Source: Catajapyx aquilonaris (lineage: Eukaryota). From it: a stretch of DNA of 46,726 nucleotides. The stretch's first letter is position 1, and every line of letters begins with the position of its first letter. Shown one piece after another: positions 1 to 12,500 of the stretch. The notes beneath the pieces were generated by a model, which saw nothing but the letters and a program-made list of their open reading frames with translations, had not been told where the DNA came from and searched no databases. Position numbers and translations under genes: made by a program. The stretch covers positions 1 through 46,726 of the forward strand of contig JYFJ02003096.1 in the NCBI GenBank assembly GCA_000934665.2, given 5' to 3'.

Positions 1-390
1 GTTGTGGCAGCGAATCGCTCCCTGAGCAAAATGTGCCAAACTTCCTGTCAAACCTGTAAATATAGTCGCCTCAACTCTGGAGGGCACTGTTCCAAGTTTT
101 CCACACCCTAGAAATAAATCCTCAAGTAGGCCCGTAATCAGCACCTTTTGGCGGCAAAACAAACTGACAACTCACAAGGCTGTTAGCACACCACCTGTGC
201 AAACAAGCCTCAAATTAACTTCAATTACAAATGCAAATACACAACAATGATACTCGCAGCTTCTCTCAAAACAGTAGGCGCAATTAAATAAATATGGTTT
301 TTCATTATTACCGTGTCCTACTTCTTCCCACAACTTCTTAACCCTACGTTACGATAAATCTCGTATAATTCTAATAATAATTGTTCTTAC

Positions 391-534
391 TTCTCTCGCC
401 TGCCAGCCAGCTCAGCAAGGACAGACCTCCATCGGTTCAGCAGTGCCTCAATATCATCCTGAAGCGTAGTGGACTCGGCTCCGCTTGACCTGGACACTAT
501 ATCTTTTCCAAGAGCTGAAAGCATCATCATTCCC
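391..534 (-). CDS. Dys: Dystrophin exon, R17 second half ([13 protein letters not shown]...[17 protein letters not shown])
   Basis: tttcgcag|G...AA|gtaaga; 144 nt, phase 2->2. Confidence 0.9.
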
Positions 535-3500
535 CTGCGAAAAGGAGAGGTCAAAATATGCTTTGCGGCAGGTCAGTCGTACAATCCTTTACCTGTGTTT
601 GGTTGTAACTTGTTTCTCCAGCTCCTTCTGCTTCGTCTTAGCTTCCTCCACAGACACGTTAGCCATATTCCAGGCAGCCACGGCCGATTCCGCTCCTGCC
701 AGCCATTGGGTCAGCTCCTTGCACGAGTTATGAAGCTGACACCATTGCTCCTGGCAACGAACCCAGCGGCTGGAAGGAAAAGTAGTTCAAAGAGTTATGA
801 CATGCCGTACATGAAATACACTAAAACCTGTCAACCAACCTGTGCCTGTCCATGTACGACCGGTTGACTTGTGCCCATTCTTCCCTCATTTTGTCCATGA
901 CCCTCCGCACCTGATCCCCTTGACTTCCCTTCATAGCGTCTCTTCCTGCTTCTACCACGTCCACTCTCGGCTTCAGTGCTTCCAGCCCTTGCTTCACACT
1001 CCTGAGTGCTTCTTCTTGGTGCTGGAAGCCATCAAAGTCCTTTCCGTTCAAAGGAGGTGATCCAAGCTTCCTGGACACGGCAGACACAGCTTCCCTAAGC
1101 TGGTTGATTTGAGTAACAAACTCAGGGTCGCCCATCACCAACTTGGAGGTCACCTCCTCTTTGCTCAAACGACGAGAGAGCTGAGCCAGGTCACTCCATC
1201 TGCGTTTGAGGTCATCAGCTTCCTCTGAAAGTCCACTGACTCCCTGGGCCAGAAGGTCTTCTGCTTCAGTCATCAGCCCGGAGAATCCTAAAATGCGACA
1301 AAAATGTTGCGGTGATGCACTGATTTGGACAGCTCGGAAAAGAGTGCGGCACGAGATTTGACACTTATTGGCCTTACGTTATAACCTCAAATTGGAATGC
1401 GTACACGCCAATGCTTATGGCAGAAAATTGGCGTTCGTTCGGAAGGTTTTCTGACAGCACATAGCCTACTGGTTGCAGAATCCTGTCCACAAACTACTGG
1501 CAAGTATTGCAAAAGTGGCAGACACCCACGTCCACTTCAGCCGGAAACCACACAAAAACATACAAACAGAGGTAACATGAGAATCGCCGTTTTTTTCTTC
1601 TGCTAACAAAGTGATACCCATCAGTTTTTTTTAGAGGATAACGGATGTTTTTCTATTTAAAAAACACACACTTTTATCAAGGCATGTCAGGGTTCATCCA
1701 CCTAGAAACATCAGTGGTAAATGCCAAGATAGATCAACAGAGGCGTCTTCTTCATCAGGGCAATGAACTTAAGATTCCAGGCATTGAAAAGTCGTTGCAC
1801 TCGGTGAACCTTCCTATATTTTGACGCAGGTTTTTACAAATGAGGTTAAGTATAATGGAGGACTCTTACCTTTCTCCTGCCGTCCCATCTCTTCACGCAC
1901 TTCTTCAATGACGCCCCGTGATCTGCCTGGATCCTGGTTGTTGGCCGCCTGCAACCTGATCGTAGCGGCCTTGACCCATGCCCGAGCCTCGGACATCTTT
2001 GCTGCCCACTCCCCTCTCCTCGCTTCAGCCCGCATAGCCTCCGCCCGTTGAACCTCAGCTTCTGACTTCAACTTTTTCCAGCTGCTTCTCAGGTACTCGA
2101 CCCTCGAATGAAGCTTTCCGGCCCGGTTGACATCAACTCTGTGGACATTCAGCACCAGCGTGTCGCCTCGACTGATGAGTGTGGCTACATCTGGCTCCAG
2201 CAACACCAGCTCAGACTCAATGGCCTCCACCTTCTTCCGTGGGTCTCGTTCCTTCTCAACTTCTTTGATGCGGCGTGACATTCGCTCCATCTTCTCAGCA
2301 ACTCTGAGAGCCTCCTCGCCAAACTCGACTATCTCGCGGAGGTATGGCGTCTCCTGCTGCTCTGAGCGGCGGCGTGACGGGGAGGTTACGGGTGAGGTTG
2401 TGGTGATGGATTGTGGACTTGGGATTGACATGTGGGTTACGGTGGTACGCACTTGCTCCACTTCCACCACCTGAACCTCTTTCTTTTCTGTCGGACTCGT
2501 AAGAACCTGCCAAAAAAAATGAGAAAGTGAAAATGTTGACAAGAAGAAGGTGACAACGTCCCGCTTTGTCCTTAGTTTGTAAATATTCAGATGCACTAAC
2601 CATGTAGCAAAATTGCATGTAAATATGCAACAAATAGTCTATATATTCCTATTTAAAAAAAATATGCACAATGTTATTGTAACATTTACGTGCGCTAACA
2701 TTTACGTGCGCTAGGAATAAGTCAATGAAATGCACTTTTAATAAATCGTTGAAACAAAAACACCTGACGAGTAGATTAATATTATTTTATTAGAGCCTAC
2801 TGGACCTATCACAAGTTTTGAATAACTTTAACAAATATGCCTATTTTTAAGTGTAATCTTATTCGCATCTTAAAATAATTGTAAACAGTACCCTCAGTTC
2901 CAATAATTTTCAGCAAATAAAACCTTATTCTAATGTAATGCAACAGGGGTGACATACAAAAACCATTTGTTAATGACCACTCCAAACCATTAATTACATC
3001 TGATTTACCGTTTGTACACCTTGGTCACACTCTAAAAACCGACAGTAAATTCCCCACCTTTTTAGCCGCTGCCATCCTGACTGCTAGCTCTGACGGAATA
3101 GGGAAGTCGTAGTCATCCGAACCAGAAGAGTTACCACTCACGGCTTCAGACTCGCTGGCAGAAAAATTCTCAAAAGAGTCAATCTCACGGTCACTCCCGT
3201 AGAAGCTGTCCCACTCGTCAAAGTCACATGCAACGCTACTGACACGCGTTTTAGTTGCTTCCTTGCCACTTCCGGAGGGAGTTACTGGCATGGGAGTGGA
3301 AGTGGCAACATGCGGTTCCTCCTCAATCGGGGGCATCGTGGTTATGTCTGCTGAGCCCTCGCTGCCTGAATCATCCATGTCTGGCGCAGGTGGAAGAGGG
3401 GCATGCAGGTGGAGGACGCATGCCGGGTGCGGTTGTGGTTCACTCCAGTCACTCACCTTGTCCGTGAGGGTCAGAATTGGTTGCCGTTCAGCAGGACTGC

Positions 3501-6500
3501 TCTGCGGTTGCGGTTTGTCACTCTGTTTAGCCTTGACGGTGGTGGTTTCAATACTCTTCGGCTGACGTTCAGGTTTTGTATCTGTACTTTTTTCTACATG
3601 CACCTGTGCTTGCGTTTCCAATTGTTGCGGTCGTGCAGGCAGTGCAGGTTCTGACTGTTTAGGTTTTGGTTGGTCCATGTCCTTTGCCGTGGCTGACTTT
3701 CCAGCTTTTGGAGCGACCTGCACGTCCATCAGTTGTGGTTCCTCGGGTTGTGGTTCCTCGGGCTGTGGTTCCGCCCTCTTCTGTTGCAGTTCCACCCGTT
3801 GTTGCTGTGGTTCCACCCGTTGCTGCTGTGGTTCCGAATCGTCCTCGCCATCCTCCTCAGTGTCGGTGTCCTCGATCTCGACGACCTCGACTCTCTGCCG
3901 GCTTGGCTCGATCCCAGCTTCGGCCACCACACCCTTGCTCTGGTGGGAGAAACGCGGATCGTGTGACCCACCAGTCGGCTCCACTGTCAACACACCTCGC
4001 ACAATCTCCATGGACTTCACCTCCACCACCCTCACTTGGGTGCTGGTAGCATTGCTGGTCCCATTGCTGACCATTGGCGACCGGAGAACAGTGCCTGCGG
4101 TGTCATCAGAGGAGTCGGAGGTGTCATCATCTACATCGGCTCCGTTCCCCTTCTGCCTGGAATCAACTGCTTCTGGAGGACCCACCGCTGGACTGTTGTC
4201 AGCGAGGTCACCAACGTAGGAAGTGGTCGACTTGGACGTGAGGTAATGGGAGCGGGCGATGGTAACGGTGATCTCAGAAGCGTTGCCAGGTGGTGGCTCG
4301 TCCTCGAAGGCCAGGTTGGCAATGCCCATGCAGGTTGGCGGAGGTGGTTGGGTTTCTGTCTCTCCAGCTTTTGTCATGCTAGGGGTCGAGGTGTAACGGG
4401 TCTCACTAACGAGGATCTGGGTGCTCGGAGGTTGGGTCAATTGGGTTGGGCGACTATAGGTTTGGGTTACAGGTATTTGACTAACTCCAGTTTCAGTAAC
4501 TGGACAGGTTTGGACAAAAGGACTTTGGATAACTAGCGGTTGGGACTCGGGACAGACTTGCTGTGAGTAATCCTGCACGTGGTAATAGGGAGGGAGGGGG
4601 GAGGGAAAAATAAACATAAAATGAAATAAAAATGGGGCTGGGCTTGGGGCGGGGGGGATCCATATCAACAATAAACGACATTTAATGCAATTATTCTGCA
4701 AGCCTTTCAAATTGGACACAATGAAAGTGTTACCAAATTAGTCGTTTAGTAGTTAGTTACATTGTTACTAAATATTAATTTACAGTTTTTTTTTAATTTA
4801 AAACTTTTCAGCACACTATCCTCATTAATTGATAGATCAGCCAAGATGAAAACTACTGTGCAAAAGTGCAAGATATGTGACTCCAAACATGCACAAGTAA
4901 CATTGAGATTAAAACGTACATGAGCAGGAGGAAAAAAAAAGGCACACAGCCAATCTCTAAAGTGAGGGAGGAAAAAGCTGGAGAGATAAAAAGGTATTGT
5001 CTTTTTTTTTTACATAAAATCGTTCTAAACCCAACACCCAAATAAATCTTGAGTTTGTAGCCACCACTTTTCAAGACCAAGTAGCAAACATTGCCATTTT
5101 TTTTTTTAAAGCGTTAGCAAAACATTCCAGATGAGCCACGTCACAATGTGGCACTTTAGTTACCCGTACATTGCAACAAAAAATTTTCATAGTCACCCAA
5201 ATATTGTGTACACACGCTACTACTAGATACATTGTGTACTACCTGCATAATATTATCGCAGACTCTTTCATGCGTCTGATATGAAAATATTGTCAGCAAT
5301 AATATTAGTGCTGAGAGTACATTACACATTAACCATCACCAGATCCGCAACATGAAGGCCATTAATCAACACCAATACACTGTCACAATTTTTCTATACA
5401 ATAAGTAGTTTTTGATCCCACAAATACTCTCCAGTTTAAAAAAAACAAGTGCACCATCAGAGGCAAGCAAAATAAACACACACAAAAAAAAGGTAGCTAA
5501 ATGTACAAGCTCATTTAGTGCAACAATATTCAAAGTGTCCATCGAGAAGGAAGCTGCACGTACATAATTACGTTTCTTTGTTTTTGTTACGGTTTTCATT
5601 CTCAGCAGACAAAAAATTCGCCCACATACTTTTTTTTTTTCCACACATCACTTATGGCACAAAATATACACAGCCTCGTCCACACCAAAGCAAAAACAGA
5701 GAAATATGTGAATAAAAAACCATCACCGCAAAACACTTCCCCCTCCGAAATCCCACCTGATCAAAAAAAGGTAAGCATTTTTTTTAAAATAGAAAAAGTG
5801 ACAGACGGAACAAACGTCCCTTACCTGAATCCTGATTGTTATTGCCTCCCACTGTCGCTTCAGCTGAACCAAGAATGGATCTGTGGCCGAACCATCACCT
5901 TTAACCCCTTGGAGACCCTGAGCCATTTCCTGCAGGGATTCCACTTGAACTTTTCTATCTTCCAGCTCTTGCTGTAAATTCTGTACACAGAAAGAAATTA
6001 CACAGACATTATTTCGAAACAGTTTGCATGTCATGTGCTACAAAATGTTTAATTATGATCTAGGTGGAGTTCATACTTGCCGTGGTACTAATCACAGAGA
6101 CTGGCTTACCTTGCATTTTTCAGCCAGATCTGGTGACATTTGGTCTGCCTTTTCCAGGTCAGTCATGACTCCATCAGCCTCCTGGAGCCAGTCCTTCAGC
6201 TGCATAACAGATGCTAAAAACCTGTCCGACAAGTTTCCCTCACTTCGCGTGCATTCCTGAAAAAAGGTACAAAAAAAGGTGGTGCAGAAGCGATTGGCTA
6301 CTTGGACATTGAAAAATCACCCGCAAAGGTCTTACCAGGATTGCTTTCTGCTTATTGCTGAGTCTCAACTGAACCCGCTCCCACTGCCTGTTCACGTCAC
6401 TCACCCTGTCCTTCAGGGATTCGAGGAGGGCAGGGTCGCAGAGGGTGCAAAATGTCCGGTACGAGTTGTTCACCTTCTCCTGGATGGGCTTCCAGGCTGG

Positions 6501-9500
6501 GAACTCCTCCATGGAATGCTAAGTTTTTGGCAAGCAAAAAGGTCCCCAAAGGAAAGTGGCCACACCGCCCGAGGCAAAAGAAAAGACGACATCAATTAAA
6601 AATGAAATTTGCTTTTGACGCAATTGATGCAACAGTCAAAAGACGGTAAAACGTCCACCAGTACGTGAATGTTATCACCATTAATTTTGCCACAATTGCA
6701 GCGATTGTACCTACAAAAATTAATATGTTTGGTGCAAACACTCACAGTGTGTTGGATGTGATTACCTTCCATTTTTTTTTCCCTTACATTCGTCCACATA
6801 TGCATGCCCACTGAACTTTCTTTAAATGCACACAAACTACTACTCTGTCACATCACATGTTTTGCAAATAATAAAACACACTCACATTGATCTGACACAG
6901 GAGTGACATACACACCCACTGCAAAGGACAATGGGGACTTACCAGATCTCGTTTGCAAGCACAGAAAACAGGAGGAGGAGGGGTCAAGAAAACTTAAGTT
7001 CTGTTCCATTGGGTCGCACCCAATCAATTGCTGCTTTTTTTTCTCTCTCTCACTTGCTCTGACAACAATGTCTACATGAGCAGATTGATTCGTACTCACC
7101 CGTATGAGCTCCAATTCTCCTTCCATGTCCTCCAGGGGCATTGAAATTTCCTTTCCGTCCAACTCCGCCTCCAGTCTTCCCAGCCAATCCTCCAAAGAGT
7201 CCAGGTCTTGATGTACTTGCCGACTCAGAACCAGACCCTTCTCCAGATTCACTTTGATCTCACCCATTTGGCTGCACAACTGTGGATTAAATAATTGATT
7301 ATTTTCTGCGATAAATAGTTCATAACTATCAGTACCTTGTTGTACAAGTTCTTGATGGAGTTTAGATCCGACTCGATCTTCTCTGGATTTGAGATAAGTT
7401 TGTCCTCCAGCAGCTTCCTTCCAACCTTGTCCAGCTGCTCCACCTCTTCTTTCGCCTCGGTGAGACACTTGCTGTGCTCCATACACCTGCTCAGTTGGCC
7501 TTCAATGCCCTCAGGATCATCCGAGGCCATTTCTACCAGGCACAGGCCTTGCTCGATCTCCTTAAGCCTCTTGTGCACACGGTGCATCTGCGGCTCAAAG
7601 TCTGTCGGCTTCTGGAACCTCTTGAACTTGTCCATAACCTCGCTGAAGCGTTTCTGCATGAAGCATAAAATAAATTAGTAGTCGCTGGGTACATCACTGA
7701 ACAACTGGTATCGGAGTAATTGGGCTTACCTGCAGAAGCATAATTTGTTCCTGCAGCCTAGCAGCTGCTTCCATCTTTCCGACCTGTTTGTACACCAAGA
7801 CCTGATGCTCCATCTCTCCAATTATCTTCTCCTGCTGCTGAAACTCTTCGCTTAGTCCCTGAGAGAATGGCAAAGACATTCAGCATCGCTAAAACTTTTG
7901 AGCAACATCAACGGACTCTGTGCATCTACAAAAACCGTTCAACAATCCTCGAAAAAGTCCTCTGCACAATTAAAATAAACAGGGCAGAGAAGAAAACTTA
8001 ACTACCCAAGAGGAATGTACAGACGATGGAAGTATTGTAATGCGTTAGCGGCTTGCAAAAATATTGTGGACTCTTCATCAATATTAATCTGTATTATTGA
8101 TTCTAAACGCTACGGATATTTTTAACTGAATGGTTTCTTGCCAACACTGCGATGATTGTCCGTTATTTTATTTTTTTGCAAACCGCTCACACTGTTAGTC
8201 TCCAAAAACTGGTGGGACTGACACTCCCAAATGCCATGCAAAACACAGGCTACGACAAGAGAGACTCAAAAAGTAATCACAGATGATGAGGTAAACCATC
8301 ATGCATTTGTGCTTCTTATTCCATGGCTGTGCAATGTTTTTTTTTAATCAGTTTGTACTGTACCTGAGTTCTTCAAATAGTTACTAGTGCAACAGCTCAT
8401 AATCAGACATTATTTAAAACGTAATTGCACCATTGTTGCTACCAGTAACTTGGTTGAAAAAACCAGGCATTGTATTGTTGTGCTGGGTAAAACCATGAGA
8501 CAAACCTGCTGCTCATCTGGCAGATCAGCGGCCGTCAAGTCCTGGTCTAGACGTGCTGTTAGTACGACATCAGCATGGGCAACCCACTCCTGGGTGTGCA
8601 GGATTTTACGTTCCCACTGCTGGGCTTCCTGGATCGAGCCTTCAAGCAACTTGGTTCGATCTCTAGCCTACAAAAAGCATACAGTCCAATAGCTGGTCGA
8701 AATGGGAGGGTCAGGCAAGGAAAGGGCAGGAGAGAGATTCCGCAACAGTTCGAATCTGCATAGTCTATAACACAAAATTTAATCATGATTTTTATTCCTC
8801 ATCATGATGCATTGAAAAACGAGAAGTTCAACAAATACAACTCGTCACAAGGAGTCTGACAATTAGGATTATGCGCGGATTATGTGCCACAAAATATTCA
8901 GGAAAATCACATTTGACATAATGTAAGCAAAACATACATTATGTACAAACCTTAAACAAAAAGGAGCAAATGCGATAACAATTTTTAAATAATAATATAC
9001 ATTTTCTAAAAGTTTATAAAAATAACTGAGATTAATAATTAAAATTCTGTAAGCAACTATACAGACTGTCATCACAAAAAATAACATTCATCGACTGTCA
9101 CGGAATTACCCAGATGAAAATATTTTAAGCCGAAACAAAATGAAAGAGCTTAGGGTAGAAAGGGGCTTAAACAGAAAAATTTGCAAAGGGAGAAGGAAAA
9201 GTGATGGTTGCAGCAAAATTTAAATACAATTAGTAATTCATCGCAAGAAATTACAATGAATATGATCCACATAGCTTAAATAAGCAATTTTTTGTCAATA
9301 ACATAACACATGATGATTGCCATGTTGTGGCGAGATTATTTTTTCATTTCACATAATACGCTGTGTCATTTATGTAACGAGAGAATATAGTCCGAAATAT
9401 ATAAACGGAAACTAAGTTATATCAAAATTTTGTACTGTTTTTATTTTGAAGACCATCACGTCAACAACTGTTACCTCATAGTGTACATCATGTACTCTAA

Positions 9501-12500
9501 GAGGTAACAGTTGTTGACGTGATGGTCTTCAAAATAAAAACAGTACAAAATTTTGATATAGTTTCCGTTTATGTACTTCAGACTATATTCTCTCACACAT
9601 TACATTTTTTTAAAATAGTGTCTTATTTACAAAACAAATTTATAGATCTTTTTTTTTTGTAATGTCTGCATATGAACTTCATACACTTGTAAATGATCAT
9701 TCCAGCAGTGAGACTTTATAGTGCACAAAAATATGCAAGTTGAATAACTGAAAGAGATGACCTCCATTTTTAAAAATAATTTTTTGCATAAACATTTATA
9801 TAATTCCAGATTAACATAAATAATTCTCAAGCACTTATATTTTGCCCATGGCGATTTCAGCACAAATAAGCCATTTGAACAGCCAGTTATTACTCGCTCA
9901 GAATATAGCTCCATTTCTTGCTATTAGTTTGGAGAGAGGGGAATAAACAAAGCCCAAAGCCATGCTTTTTTCAGGGGGAAAAAATACGCACTCTTGAAAA
10001 AAAAAGAGACCTCTGTTATAAAAGAGCTTGATAAATTTCATGTCACTTATCATGCTGATTCTCCAGGGGAAAACGAAAAAAAAATCCCCAAAAAATGCTC
10101 TAGGTTCTACGGAGTTCCACCCATAACGAAAAGGTTGCCCCTTTACAAATATTTAATTTCTGAATTGTTAATCTTTCCAAAAGAGCGTGGAAATGACCTC
10201 TTGTAGAGCCCTGGTTAATGGAGAAAATAGCATGAAAGTGAACTCGACAGAAACAAGCTGAAACAAGTCCTTAGATCTGGAATACTCCAAAAAAAAATTT
10301 CACCTGGCGTGTGTATTCAATATCGCTTTAAATCTGACCTGCTGACTGAGTTGGCTCCATTTGTTGGTCACTTTGTCCACATCCGAGTGAATCGTGACAG
10401 CCAGAATGTCCTCTTCCACCAGCCGCCTGCCGATATCCTGGATGCGGGCCAAACGGGCCTCGGGATGGTTGTTCAGGTAATTCTCCAAGTCCTGTTGTTA
10501 GACAATGGATGTGAACACAACCCTTCATCTGCTGAATGCCAGCACATAATAATTCGTAAGACACTCACATCCAGTTCCTCTGAGATCTCCTCTGCATCGG
10601 CAGCTGTCTTTGGAGACTTTCTAAGCCTCTTCTCAAGTCTGTCAAGCCAGTCCGTCTCCTGTGCAACAAGTGCTTTGAACTCCCCATACTGCTGCGATGC
10701 ACCTCTGAGCACCTTCTGTCGCTCATACACTTCCGCCGTTGTTGAATTCCACTTCTCATTCAGCTGGGTGAAGCGAGTAGACAGTTCCTGAACACCCTGA
10801 GTGCTGCTACCACCATCACCATTGAGGAGCGCATTGCACTGAGAGTTTAGCTCCTTGAATTCAGGCGTCTTGCGATCCACTCTTTCTTTTAGAGTCTGGA
10901 AGCGACGGGACCGCTGGGACAGCTCGGAAGCTGACTTGATTGGACCTGAGGCTGGGATGTCCTTGATCACCTTGTCCAACCATTCGTTCATGTCGTGAAT
11001 GCCTGCCACAACCTAATGAAACAGAAATAGGCATGAAGAACACTGAACCAAGTGTCACGTAAAGTTCCTAATAAGACACTACATTATTTCCTTCCACAGC
11101 AAGTACATGTTACTAAACCGCAGCCTTGCATCCAACACGAATGCTCGTCTGACCTTCTCACTGGCCGAAAGCCCCTCCTTGAGATCATGGTTCTGCTTCT
11201 TAGATTGATGAACGACCGTAGTCCACTTCTTCTGCAGCTCTTCCAGCTCAGCCCTCAGCTGCGTTGAGAAGACGTCGTCTGCACTGTCGGCAAGCTTCAT
11301 CCCCATCTCCTGGATGCCCATCAAATTGCTCTCCAATGTGCAAATGTCATCTTGCAGAGCCTGCAGACAAAAGCATGCACCTCTCTAATTAATATACCAT
11401 ATTGACACATCATAATAAAATTGATAAATTATTCTTTTGGCATTAAAGTCATTGAGCAAGTTGAGATCCAAAAATCCAAAAATTATTCACTGACTTCGGT
11501 TCTGGTAAGAAGAGTATAACTTAAGTGACATAACTTGATGAAATATCGAACCCTTCATTAAACATATCAACTATGAAGTTAAATCCATCAATAATAATAA
11601 TGTTAATATTAATAATCTCATTATTAGCCAGTAGTTGCAACACAAAACCTGACACAAGTTATCGCGACTTATTCTCAAGCATGATGCACGAGGACGATGA
11701 AGTATAGGGAAAAAATTATTCAAAATCAACGAAGTTAGTTGCAAGTTATTTACTGGTGGTGTAAGCAACAACAAGAATCTCAGCGCAATCTCGTTTAAAA
11801 GTGTACGACACTTTTTTAAGGAGGGAAAAATCTCTCGTCGGCTTACACAAAATCATAATTCAACGGCAGTATTTTATGAACCAATTGTGAGATATACTTA
11901 GTGTCCACTAAGAGGACGTAAATATTGCTCGAAATAACTGAATGTGATTAAAATGATTTGTTAGATGTTCCTGTTTGATTACAAACAGCGACTTACACAC
12001 ATTAAGACATCACTGCAATCGTTACAAACCATGTCTCGGTAGTGGTGTTTAATTCAAAACAACCAGACACGAAACACGATGCAGAGAAATGTGGTAAAAG
12101 GAACCGACCTCTGCCAAAATGACCTCTAAATAGTGGCTCACATTCGACTGCTCCAACTGAGCTTCCAAGGTCTCCACATCGCCTAGAGCCATTGGTTCCG
12201 CATGAAGAAAGGCATCCACATCCCTAATCCACGACTTAAGTCCCTCCACCTCTTCGCAGAACTGGCGGAAGGTGTGGATGGCCTCCTCCAGCTTCCTCTG
12301 ACGTTCCTCCAGCAGCTCACAAACGTCGGTCCAACGCAGGTTCAGCTCATGCAATTCCTCACTCAGGCGCCTGCTGTACATCTCATTGCGAACCTCATGC
12401 ACTATCTCCTGACCAGTCTTGTTCACATATTCAAAGTCAGGCTGCTGCTCGGAGACTGTGTTTTGAAGTTCCTGCAAATGGCAAGGCTGAATAAAGTACT

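Noticed and set aside
3255..4536. Several overlapping plus-strand ORFs of 70-180 aa
   Set aside because: Antisense shadows of the GC-rich, repetitive 505-codon dystrophin exon; no splice signals or recognisable protein.
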